A program made the position numbers and the translations under genes. Of a stretch of DNA of 64,000 bases, positions 13,628 through 26,100 are shown piece by piece (within the stretch, counting starts at the first letter, position 1; each line of letters opens with the position of its first letter). This DNA comes from Octopus vulgaris (lineage: Eukaryota): NCBI GenBank assembly GCA_951406725.2, contig OX597828.1, forward strand, positions 24,924,001-24,988,000, read 5' to 3'. Below the pieces are notes generated by a model. It saw only the letters and a list, made by a program, of their open reading frames with translations. It was not told the origin of the DNA and did no database searches.

Positions 13628-14058
13628 GGCGCAGGAGTGGCTGTGTGGTAAGTAGCTTGCTAACCAACCACATGGTTCCGGGTTCAGTCCCACTGCGTGG
13701 CATCTTGGGCAAGTGTCTTCTGCTATAGCCCCGGGCCGACCAATGCCTTGTGAGTGGATTTGGTAGACGGAAACTGAAAGAAGCCTGTCGTATATATGTA
13801 TATATATATATATTTATATATATGTATGTGTGTGTGTGTGTGTTTGTGTGTCTGTGTTTGTCCCCCTAGCATTGCTTGACAACCGATGCTGCTGTGTTTA
13901 TGTCCCCCGTCACTTAGCGGTTCGGCAAAAGAGAGCGATAGAATAAGTACTGGGCTTACAAAGTATAAGTCCCGGGATCGATTTGCTCGACTAAAGGCGG
14001 TGCTCCAGCATGGCCGCTGTCAAATGGCTGAAACAAGTAAAAGAGTAAAAGAGAGAGT
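13628..14058 (+). mobile_element. Full-length tRNA-derived SINE family A with central (TA)/(TG) microsatellite
   Basis: Head ggcgcaggagtggctgtgtggtaag...gggttcagtccc (A/B boxes); short-repeat tail gtaaaaga; near-identical copies at 47366, 48803 and 60863. Confidence 0.93.
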
Positions 14059-14564
14059 ATACATTTATGTTGATGGTGTTTGATTTTACTGTATTTTTAA
14101 GTTACTTATCAACTTGATGGCAATTGTTAAATAGATCTGAAGTTGCATGAGATGAATTGTAAGATTCGTTCAGGATATTTTAGTATTGTTTTCTTTTCAG
14201 CGGTACAGAAACCACACCACTTATTTCCACTTTTACAGGGTCAACATATGTTAGGAATCTTCTACATGATACGGAAATCAGAAAATCAATTTACATACGG
14301 AATTAGATTACGTATAACCTTTACTCGTGCTTCGCGCATGATAGAGTCAGTATTATATAACTAATTAAGGAAACATGAAGTGGTTTTTTTTTTACTTGCG
14401 CGATAAACATCCGTTAATTTATTGGGGATAATTTTTTAAAGATTTTTTTAATGTTCGGTTTATCGCAGTAAGTTTGTTTCAAACTATCTCTCAATATGTT
14501 TTCAGCGACGCGTGATTGACAAAACTCTGTCTACTAGAAATATATCTATATAATATAGAAATAT

Positions 14565-14743
14565 TATTATTTCTAAATCTCTCAAAGAGACATGTTCAGT
14601 AACAGTTCTTTAAAGTGTCGTATAGCTAGCTGGAAACGATATTTCCTGGGGCTAAACAATAGTAGCAATCATGCCTTCCAGGGGCAAATAGCCTTTAAAG
14701 AACTGTTACTGGATATCTCTCTTTGAGAGATTTAGAAATAATA
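14565..14743. repeat. About 50-bp inverted repeat around an 80-bp spacer (MITE-like)
   Basis: ttctaaatctctcaaagagacatgttcagtaacagttctttaaag versus ctttaaagaactgttactggatatctctctttgagagatttagaa. Confidence 0.85.
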
Positions 14744-15054
14744 TTCATATTTTATTAAATCAGTGACTGTGTATCACTTTAAAAGCTATATATTTTCCAA
14801 CGGTGAATTCAGCAACACCACCTAGTCAAGTAGCTACTCTGTGTTGATAATGGTTAATAACCCAGAAACCGGTGCACAGATGTTGTTTTGTGCTGGATGG
14901 GGGTGCTGAACTCTCTGTCCGAAAATATATGGACACAGATATTGTGTCGTATAGCCAGCGGGAAACGGTAGTTTTCTGGGACTAAGCAACAGTAGCGATT
15001 GTCTCTTCCAGGACAACCACATTATGTTGGCAAATAGCCTTTACACATACACAC

Positions 15055-15058
15055 TTGC

Positions 15059-15155
<97 letters not shown>

Positions 15156-15442
15156 GCATGTATGTATGTATGTATTTATGTATGTATGTATGTATGTATG
15201 TATTTATGTATGTATGTATGTATTTATGTATTTATGTATATATGTATGTATTTATGTATGTATGTATGTATGTATGTATGTATTTATGTATGCATGTATG
15301 TATGTATGTATGTATTTATGCATGTATGTATGTATGTATGTATTTATGTATGCATGTATGTATGTATGTATGTATGTATGTATGTATGTATGTATGTATG
15401 TATGTATGTATGTATGTATGTATGTATGTATGTATGTATATG

Positions 15443-15473
<31 letters not shown>

Positions 15474-15520
15474 TTATGTATGTATGCATGTATGCATGTA
15501 TGTATGTATGTATGTATACG
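15055..15520. repeat. (TA)n plus long (TATG)n microsatellite
   Basis: Direct reading; source of the MYVC... ORFs. Confidence 0.97.
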
Positions 15521-15755
15521 CACATATTTGCATACACATATTTTTTAACGACGAATTGTAAGCGATTTTACATTAAGCTAAAGTGTCACTCAGTACTTAT
15601 TGTAGGGTAGATAATTATTATTATTTAACAAGAATATTGCTGACAGTCACTTTCAAGTTTCACCCTGCTTGGCTTTCAGGCAGAAATTCGAAAATGAGAA
15701 GTCACTGCTAACACTAAGCTTGTTACAGAATGAATAACATATATATATGTGTAAG

Positions 15756-15828
<73 letters not shown>

Positions 15829-16097
15829 GAATGCAAAATATGGAACAAGAACGCAACAGGCGACAACAAAACATCCAGACAGATGATACAAAAAGGGACA
15901 AGTAAAACCAAGAACGGGTCATTCGCAGTTTTCTGTCTTCAGTCCAGTTCCGGATTTTCTCACCAGTTTCGGTTGATATATATATATATATATATATATA
16001 TAATGTATGTATGTATGTTTATATGTATATATATATACATACACACACACACACATAAAAATATGTATATATAGATACATGCATGCACACACATATA

Positions 16098-16900
16098 CAG
16101 GGTAGGTGGAAAGTAACTAGGCATTAGAAATTGTTTATAGAATTTTAGTATCATTGAAGTCATGAGGAAAACATTTTTTAAACTGACAGCACTAATGGAA
16201 TTTCTCATTTTCTTATTGACTTATTTCTTATTTCTTATTTCCAGATGGCTGGTCGCTAGACTGTTCAGGAACGAGGTAAGATAGCAGCATGCTATGAAGT
16301 GTGGAATTCAATTGTTTTGGTTCAGAGAAGGCGGCGTGCATTGACATCTAAGCATGTAACTCTACGTCTGGAGAGAATAAGAAGTTGTCATGCAAAGTTT
16401 ATGATAGCGGGCTCTGTGAACGATGCAAGAAGTTGCCGTCTGACCACATACCGATCAGCGGAGAACGAGACAATAGTGCAGGAAAAGTTTAACCACAGCC
16501 CGCAAAAACCAACACGTCTGGCAGCTTGTAAAAGTGGACTAACAAGACACACAATACGTACGGTGTTGCATAAAGAATTGAATTTTCGTCCGTGGAAATC
16601 CCATTACGTGCAGAAGCTAAAATCTGAAGACCATGACCGCAGAAGTCCAGAAATCCAGAACTGGAGGACTTGGAGACACGGATTCAGATTTTCAATGATA
16701 TAGCAGACGATGTCCTTCAGAAGATGGTTCATTCCATCCCTGGCCGTTTGTGGAAACTGGCTGACGCCGCTGGTGCTTCCGTTGAAATATGAAGATTTAC
16801 TTTCATTTTTCCATGTAGTAAAGAACATATGTATCATTTGTTTCAATAAATTTGCAAAAGGAATATGGATTTTATTACCAATTTTTAATGCCTACATACT
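16098..16900 (+). mobile_element. Decayed, internally deleted DUF4817-type Tc1/mariner transposon
   Basis: TA-cagggt start; partial TIR taggcattagaaattg / caatttttaatgccta; translation MAGR*TVQERGKIAACYEVWNSIVLVQRR...RTVLHKELNFRPWKSHYVQKLKSEDHDRR. Confidence 0.8.
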
Positions 16901-16944
<44 letters not shown>

Positions 16945-17098
16945 CATAGAGAGAGAGAGAGAGCTTGATAAGTACCAAGGCACAAAACTCTCGGCCCTTG
17001 AGTTACTCAGTTGCTTTTGCCAAGTATTAATGAAAATATACATTCACTCATATTTTGAGTTATATTTTTCTAGTTTGCATCAGCATACTTGCATATAT

Positions 17099-18185
17099 AG
17101 GCGCAGGCGTGGCTGTGTGGCAAGGATCTGGCTTCCTAACCACATGGTTCTGTGTTCAATCCGGCTGGGTAAGAGTTTTCTACCATAGCTTCGGGTCGAG
17201 TTTTCTACCATAGCCTCGGTAGACGGAAATTGAAAGAATCCCGTCATATATATATTATATATATATATATATATATATCACCCAGTTTTGATGTTTTTGA
17301 GCCCACTGTAGAAGTGCCCGTCGATGACGATATGTGAGGATGGGGCCCCTAGCTGGACGTCAACAAGACAGATTGAAAGATCTCAGCCGGCGGCGAATTG
17401 TCTCTGTACAAATGGGTCTGTGCTGAGCCCCTATGGTCTACCTTGCTGATTTCGTTGCCCGCCGGAATCGGTCCTGCAAGTGATGTCGGTGCAGGTGGTC
17501 ATCTTGACGTGCCGTTGTAACCCCCTGTCAGCCACTGCGTGGACGATCATCCGTGCTGTTTGTGGTACTGTATCGTTCCCTCAGCCGCTCAATTACCCGG
17601 ATACTGCAGTTCAAGTATTTAGCAATGAGCCACAGACGTTGACCAGCATGCTCTCTCTGATTTTCGTCTTAGTCTTGGCATACAAGCTGCGTTCGGGAAA
17701 CGAACGACAAGCTGGTGAATTTGTGTGCCTTCTATACCCAATGAGTCAATGTTTTTCACGTGCATTATGCTTTTCATTAAGATGCGTTCGCGAAAAGTGA
17801 GCGAGTTCGAACGCAACATGCAACATGGATCAGTGACATATTCCTGATGTCAAATTACCTAAAAACGTGAAAAAATCCATGTAATTTCAATATCGTGTTT
17901 GACGCAAATAATATTTTACAGTGCGACGTTTCTTTTGTATTTCAGTATACTTATGTGGGTGTTTGTGTCTGCGTTTGTCCTCCCAACAACCATCGCTTGA
18001 CAATCGATGTTGTTATGTTTACATCCGCTAAACTTAACGGTTCGGCAGAAGAAATCGATAGAATAAGCACCAGGTTTACAAAGAGTAAGTCCATGGGTCG
18101 ATTTCTGCGACTAAAAAGAGGTGCTCCAGCATAGCCGCTGTCAAATGAGTGAAACAAATAAAAGAATAAATGAATAAAAGAATAT
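17099..18185 (+). mobile_element. SINE family A split by a Tc1 insertion (head 17099-17250, tail about 17953-18185)
   Basis: Both halves match 13628-14058. Confidence 0.8.
17281..17947 (-). mobile_element. Tc1-like transposon 5' fragment (transposase pseudogene 17281-17681)
   Basis: Minus translation MPRL...DRPRSG*..VTTARQD..DRFRRAT..ETIRRRLR..RPARGPILT.RHRRALLQWAQKHQNW (Tc1 HTH domains); end ta-tactgaaatacaaaagaaacgtc resembles Tc1 termini. Confidence 0.85.
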
Positions 18186-18683
18186 ATATATGTGGATGGA
18201 TGGATGGATGGATGGATGGATGGATGGATGGATGGATGTATATATATGTATGTATATGCGCATATACGCCCTCTCACACGGACGAACTCACACGCATGTA
18301 TACATATATTTGTGTAAATATCATATGTATATACACACAATTAATTTATGTGTCTTTCACATGCTGTATCACTTTCACTCCATTTTTAGTGGAGGTTTTT
18401 TTTGTTATCTTTCTTTTGGGATATTTTGTTTTTTCTTTATTTTTTTTCTATCTTCTCATCTCGCTCTCATTTAGTTGATGAGAAACATTGTCCCGATACA
18501 AATATATTTTACAGTACTCGAAGCACTGCGTGTTTCTTTGGAAACCTATTCTTATCGCATTCGAGATCTCCACATTCGACAGTCTCATTAAGCGAACACA
18601 CATCCATTTATGCAACTGATATACGTCTTTATTGTCTACAGCATCATTATATATTTATATAATTATAAACTATATGCGTATAT

Positions 18684-18730
<47 letters not shown>

Positions 18731-18973
18731 TATACATATGTATATATATACATATATATATACATATATATATACATGTATGCATGTATGTATTTGAAAA
18801 TTGTGCCCCACGAATTAGCTCTTGACATATCCAACATAAAGGAAAATACGCAGAGTTACATATACATATATATACATACATATATATTTATGTACATGCA
18901 TATATATATATTCATATATATATATATCAGTGTGTGTATATATATACATATACATGTAAATATATACATATAC

Positions 18974-19027
<54 letters not shown>

Positions 19028-19163
19028 TGCAAACTGTTCCAGCAGTCGGTGAATATATGGCTGCAATGTAGTTATATACACATATTTGAGTACATGTATG
19101 TGTGCCTATATATGTATGTGTGCTCGAGTGGGTTTATGAATACACACACATACACACACACAT

Positions 19164-19196
<33 letters not shown>

Positions 19197-19744
19197 CACA
19201 CGTCCATTTCATATATCTTCTTTCAATTATATATATATTTCTGCTCTCTGCAAATAAATTTTTTTACTGATACAACTACTTACAAAAATAGGGATTAATG
19301 TATAATGCATTTCTATGTTCGTAATTAAATCAATGTTTTAATGATTAGACAGTGGTCCAATAGAATAGCTCTCAGAAACAAACTACGTACAAATATGACA
19401 ATCAATACGACACAGACCTTCATTCACTCACTGTATCTCTCTTTCTCACCCCCCTTTCTCTCTCACGCGCAAGCGCGCACACATACACACACACACACAC
19501 ACAAACACACACATACACACACACACACGTCCATTTCGTATATCACCTTTCAATTTCAATTATAATTAATTATTATTAAATCAATGTTTTAATAATTAGA
19601 AAGAGGTCCAATAGAATAGCTCTCAGAAACAGACTACGTACAAATTCGTTCTTCACAACTCCTGAAGCTGTTTTCTGACAAGGGAAGGGAGAAGTCAGGA
19701 AATGTTCATACCGCTAGAGGCTCCAATCGAAACAGGGGACCCGA

Positions 19745-19767
19745 AATGATGAGGTTGAGAAACGCTG
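19745..19767. mobile_element. Possible hAT/Charlie-type terminus remnant
   Basis: aggttgagaaacgctg is the reverse complement of cagcgtttctcaacct; no partner TIR found. Confidence 0.3.
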
Positions 19768-20481
19768 TTATAGATTATGCCTAACCGAACACGATCACAG
19801 TCACATCATCCAAACAGACCGGGTGAAACCGGGCTTAGCTGCTAGTATATATATATATATATGTATGTATATATATACGAATGAGTGTACAAACCAATGA
19901 GAGGCACCCAACCAATTTATTTAGAGTAACATGTATAGAACAAAAGAGTTGTTCTATACATGTCTTTGGTACTCTTGGACAAATACGCACGTGCGCACAA
20001 GCACGCACGCATACGCATGCATAAACATATACATGCATACACACACACATGCGTTATCATTCACGTGTACATATGTATATTCGCATGCATGTACGCATGA
20101 ATCCCAGTGTGCACATGTGCCTTTGCACGCGCGCGTGTGCGAGTATGCCCGCGCAAAAACAAGTGTTGGGGGTCCGTAAAACTTTGGGGGTTGGTAAATG
20201 GTGCAGGGGGTACAGAGTAGTAGCTGGTACTAAGGTGGTCTACCGCCATGCAGTATTTTCTAACTAAGTGTTACCCATATACTAACATCAAACCACGACA
20301 CCGCGGGACCTTCCTCGACCAATCGCCAGCCAACGTTACGGTAATAACAATCAACTTCTGTTATTCAAATTCAAAATGGCTGACGACTAGCATCGCGCTT
20401 GAAACTCAAGGGTACCAGCAAATTTAAATGAAACCATGTTTCTCCATATATATATATATATATGTATATGTATATATATAT

Positions 20482-20614
<133 letters not shown>

Positions 20615-20654
20615 CTCCATTGTCTCCCGAGACATAAAGGATGCCAACCAATAT

Positions 20655-20822
20655 ATATAGTTAATCCCAACATGAAAACACAAAGAGAAAACCCAACAGC
20701 GCGAGGACGTTCAACAAGTATAGTATTATTGGACGCTCAGGAAAGAAGGAAAGAAGGAGGGTTTAACGTTTCGAGCGGAGCTCTTCGTTAGAAACATAGG
20801 AAAAGGAAAGATCCAAAGAAGG

Positions 20823-20823
<1 letters not shown>
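20655..20823 (-). mobile_element. Hammerhead-bearing short repeat (Penelope pLTR- or retrozyme-like), copy 1
   Basis: Aligns to 61852-62010; core gttt-CTAACGA-agagctccgctc-GAAACGTT-aaac at 20761-20795. Confidence 0.7.
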
Positions 20824-20887
<64 letters not shown>

Positions 20888-20888
<1 letters not shown>

Positions 20889-21195
20889 TGTTGAGAACCC
20901 CTTCTGTCATGACTGGCCATGGGATTGCGCCTAGACATTACCCTCCCAGGCACAAATCCGGACAAGGCTGTTATGGAAGACCAGTAGTTGCCCATGCATA
21001 CCAGCGTCCCCTCTCCATGCCACCAGTGTTATCCAAGGGAAAGGCAAAGGCCGATATAGATTGGCACCTGTGACGTCGCAACTCATTTCTACAGCTGAGT
21101 GAACTAGAGCAACGTGAACACAACACGCAGCCCGGTCCAGGATTCGAACCCACAACCTCACGATCGTAAGCTCGACGCTCTAACCACTGAGCCAT
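20888..21195 (-). mobile_element. tRNA-derived SINE family C
   Basis: Head tggctcagtggttagagcg...gggttcgaatcc with strong A and B boxes; flanked by (TA)n. Confidence 0.85.
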
Positions 21196-21363
21196 ATATA
21201 TATATATATATGCGTCTTTCACACGAGTATATCTTTATGATGAGTTCGATATTGATTTCCTTATATTAATAATATTAATATATTATTAAAAAATATAAGT
21301 ATATATATACGTATATATGTATCGATGGATGGATGTATGCATGTATGTATGTATATATGTATG

Positions 21364-21421
<58 letters not shown>

Positions 21422-21435
21422 CATATATATTTGGG

Positions 21436-21495
<60 letters not shown>

Positions 21496-21539
21496 TGCGT
21501 GTGTCTGTGTGTCTGTGTGTCTGTGTTTGTCTCCCAAAC

Positions 21540-21720
21540 ACTTAGAATACTTAGCGGCATTTCGCCCGTCCTTACGTTCTGAGTGCAAATTCCGCCGAGA
21601 TCGACTTTGCGTTTCATCCTTTCGACTTCGATAAAATACGTACCAGTTGCATACTGGGGTCAATATAATCGACTTACCCGCTTCGCTGAAAGTGACAGGA
21701 CTTGCGCCAATATTTGAACC
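21540..21720 (+). mobile_element. SINE family B copy
   Basis: cttagcggcatttcg..acgttctgagtgcaaattccgccgag core. Confidence 0.8.
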
Positions 21721-21815
21721 GTTTGTTTTATCGTCGTCATCATCATCATCATCCTATTCATTCTTCATCATATTATCATTCTTGTTTTCATAATCATTTC
21801 CATATTTTCGTCGGG

Positions 21816-21854
<39 letters not shown>

Positions 21855-22360
21855 GTTACCACTACCACCACCATCACCACCACCAGCAGCAGCCGCAGCA
21901 GAAGTGGTAGTAGGAGTAAAGTGATCATTATTTTATATTAATACCGAAATTGCAACGTTTTGCAAAATATTACATCCACCTCATGAATAACTTTAAACTC
22001 TTTCTATTCTTTCTTCCTCTCCTTCTTTCTTTCTTTCTTTCTTTCATTCATTCTCTCACCCTATCTTCACTTGCATGTATTTTTCCCTTCACCCCTCCCT
22101 GTCCTATCGACCTCCTTCTATAAGAAAAATTGTAGCAAACAACCGCAAACAATGATTTAACAATGATCTTTAATGGAGACATTAAAACTGATTGTTATTA
22201 CCATCTTAAATGTTAAGTATTTTTATTGCAAATATATGTATAGTATTCATGTACGTACACACACACACACACACACACATACAGACACACATGCACACAC
22301 ACACACGCATAAACACACACACGCAGATATATACACACGCACATGTGTGTGTGCGTATGC

Positions 22361-22420
<60 letters not shown>

Positions 22421-22429
22421 TTACATATA

Positions 22430-22461
22430 TAATAATGATAATAATATTAATAATTATAATC

Positions 22462-22495
<34 letters not shown>

Positions 22496-22521
22496 TAATA
22501 ACAATAATAATAATAATAATG

Positions 22522-22597
<76 letters not shown>

Positions 22598-22600
22598 TAA
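22430..22600. repeat. (AAT)n microsatellite
   Basis: Direct reading. Confidence 0.95.
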
Positions 22601-22777
22601 TGATAACTGTTATTACTGCTATGATAATAGTTATAAGAAACATACACAAACCCACACATATGTATATGAGTGTCGATGTGTATACTTGCATGTATACACC
22701 CATTTTAAACGTGTATGAACAAGAATATAGATAAATACAAATATGTGCACACACGTATATATCTGACTTCATACCAG

Positions 22778-22811
<34 letters not shown>

Positions 22812-23039
22812 TGTGTGTGTATGAGTGTCTGCACGTATATGAAGCCTCTTTTGAGTAAAGCTGTTCAGACACAGTGAAAACTATATCTGTTCATAATTAT
22901 CTTCTCCAAATAACTATACATGATGCACAATCACAACATATAGACGTATACGTGTGCATATACATTTGTTATTACATCAAGTCTACATTTATATATGTTC
23001 GAACACACATCCACACACTTAAAGTTTTCGTGGATGGAG

Positions 23040-23792
23040 CCAGTCTATTAGATCGACCCCAGTATACAAATTGTATTTAATTTATCGACCCCGAAAGGAT
23101 GAAAGGTAAAGTTGGCTTCGGAGGAATTTGAACTCAGAACGTAAAGACAGACGAAATACCTATTTCTTTACTGCCCGCAAGAGGCTAAACACAGATAGGA
23201 CAAACAAGGACAGACACACAGATTAAGTCGATTACATCGACCCCAGTGCGTAACCGGTACTTATTTAATCGACCCCGAAAGGACGAAAGGCAAAGTCGAC
23301 CTCGGTGGAATTTGACCTCATAACGTAGTGGCAGACAAAATACCTAGTTCTTTATTACCCACAAGGGGCTAAGCACAGAGAGGACAAACAAGACAGACAC
23401 ACAGATTAAGTCAATTACATCGACACCAGTGCGTAACTGATACTTAATTTATCGACCCCGAAAGGATGAAAGGCAAAGTCGACCTCGGCGGAATTTGAAC
23501 TGAGAGCGTAACGGCAGACGAAATACAGCTAAGCATTTCGCCCGTCGTGCTAATTTTTCTACCAACTCGCCACCTTAAAATATTCTTTTTTAGTCTAGGC
23601 ACAAGGCCCGAAATTTTGAAAGAGGGGGCCAGTCCATTAGATCGACCACAGTACTCAACTGATACTCAATTTATCGACCCCGAAAGGATGAAAGGCAAAG
23701 TCGGACTCGGTGGAATTTGAACTCAGAGCGTAAAGGCAGACGAAATACCGCTAAGCATTTCGCAGGGCGTGCTACCGATTCTGCCAGCTCGT
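23040..23792 (-). mobile_element. Head-to-tail array of 4 SINE family B units
   Basis: atcgaccccgaaagga recurs at 23084, 23268, 23451 and 23673 (spacing 184, 183, 222 bp). Confidence 0.9.
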
Positions 23793-24059
23793 TTATAAGA
23801 TTCAAACACTAAGTCCCAGAACGCGAGGAAAACAGGGCGGAGGCAAACAGAATAAATATTCGATTCTTCATGTTTGTTTATTTTTTCACTGTTTTGTTTA
23901 TTGTTTCTTTGATATTTAAATAAACAAGTCAACATAGTTTTGGTTTATGTATTTGTAGTGCTGACATATGCTTACAGACAGCGCATGCGTGAGTTTGTGT
24001 GATTGTGGGGGGCGTGTTTGTGTGTGATAAAATGTTATATTTTGATATATATATGGATG

Positions 24060-24126
<67 letters not shown>

Positions 24127-24149
24127 TCTGAATATACATATAACATAGC

Positions 24150-24725
24150 AAGGTGGAGGAGGAAAAGAAGAAGAAGAAGAAGAAGAAGAAGATGAGGAAG
24201 AAGGAGAAGAAGAAGAAGAAGAAGAAGAAGAAGAAGAAGAAGAAGATGAGGAAGAAGGAGAAGAAGAAGAAGAAGAAGAAGAGGAGGAGGAGGAGAAGAA
24301 GAAGAAGAAGAAGAAGAAGAAGAAGACGACGAAGACGACGAAGAAGAAGAGGAGGAGGAAGAAGAAGAAGAAGAAGAAGAAGAAGAAGAAGAAGAAGAAG
24401 ACGAAGAAGAAGAAGTGGAAGAAGAAGAAAAAGAAGAGGAGGAAGAAGAAAAAAGAGAAAGAATAGAAAGAAGACGAGAAGAAGAGGTAGAAAGAGGAGG
24501 AGGAGGAGGAGGAGGAGGTGGTGGTGGTGGTGGTGGTGTAGGAGGAGGGTGGAGGAGGAGGCGGCGGAGGAGGAGGTGGTGGTGGAGGTGGTGGTGGAGG
24601 TGGTGGTGGTGGTGGTGATGGCGGAGGAAGAGGAGGAGGTGGTGGTGGAGAAGGTGGTGGAGGAGGAGGTGGTGGAGGAGGAGGGGGAGGAGGAGGAAGG
24701 GGAGGGGGAGGGGGAGGAGGAGGAT
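24150..24725. repeat. Purine-rich (GAA)n/(GGA)n/(GGT)n compound repeat
   Basis: Direct reading; explains the K/R/E/V-rich 210-aa ORF. Confidence 0.95.
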
Positions 24726-24739
24726 CCTGTCTTTTGTCT

Positions 24740-24890
24740 GAAATATTGGGGTAGGCTGGCAGTCGATTACGTCGCCCTTATTTAATCGACGTTGGAAGGA
24801 TGAAAGACAAAGTCCTCTTCGGCGGGATTTGAACTCGATGTGTCGGACGAAATGCCGCCGAGAAATTTGTTCGGCTTGCTTAACGATCCT
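24740..24890 (-). mobile_element. Diverged SINE family B copy
   Basis: aaggatgaaagacaaagtc..ggcgggatttgaactc. Confidence 0.7.
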
Positions 24891-25579
24891 GCAACAACAA
24901 CAATAATAACATTTTTCATCAACAAGAATAGTTTAAGTAAGAATAAACTTGAACGACATTAACAACAACATCGATATGGATAAGAAAAAACGATAACAGC
25001 GGCAATAAGAGAAAAAAAATAACACTATATCGACATCAACAACGCTACAAAAACCATCCATGTAAATAACAATTGCAGCAACAACAACAACATCTATAAG
25101 AACAACAACAAAACGACGACGACAATAATAGTAACAATGTATTTACGTTTTGTTAATGATAATTAGTAAACTAATTAAAAACAAGACCAACATACAAAAC
25201 GAAAAGATTAGAAAACAGGAAAAACTACGAATTTTTCCAGCCGCCATTTTAAAGTTACTCCATATTTAAATAAACTTGCATTTCAATGAAAACGTCGATA
25301 AAGGATTTAAATATTGTTTACTTGGCTTAAAGATAGGGTTCATTAATGCCATTGCTCTTTCGCTGATTCTAAATGATGCAAATAATGAAAATATAAATAA
25401 CATAAATAAAGATTGTGAAGATCGTGAAACGATATCTCCGTTTCGCTATTTTCTTGGGACGAACAAGATACATATAATGTGCTTGTGTGCGTGTGGGTGG
25501 GTATGAGAGAGTGTATATATACACGTAGTGGTGGCTGTCTAGGTAGATGGATAGAGAAAGACCTATATATACCTGCTTA

Positions 25580-25630
<51 letters not shown>

Positions 25631-25849
25631 CACATATACATATACTTATATATACACACATGTACCAATTCATATACACATGTATGTGTGTATATATATA
25701 AATATACATATATACACATACATGTATATATATATTCATATGCATATATATATATGTATGTGTATATATATATATATATATATGCATATGTATTTATATA
25801 CATATATATGTGTGTGTGTATAAGTGTATATATGTAGGTATATATATAC

Positions 25850-25880
<31 letters not shown>

Positions 25881-25966
25881 TTTACCTACATGCATATACA
25901 TATACACACACCCTTATACATTTATATGTGCATACAAGCATATTTTGTGTATACGTACGTTTGTAA

Positions 25967-26000
<34 letters not shown>

Positions 26001-26065
26001 ATGTATATATATATGTATGTATATGTATGTATGTATATATATATATGTATGTATATGTATGTATG

Positions 26066-26100
<35 letters not shown>

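Noticed and set aside
15915-15975. Additional hammerhead candidate (minus CTGAAGA-cag aaaa ctg-CGAAT)
   Set aside because: GAAA and stem III are not intact; too degenerate to call
23040-23792. CRISPR-like regularly spaced repeats
   Set aside because: Whole 184-bp units are homologous SINE sequence with no unique spacers, no cas genes and a eukaryotic context
24153-24785. 210-aa K/R/E-rich ORF
   Set aside because: Translation of (GAA)/(GGA)/(GGT) microsatellites with no domain structure
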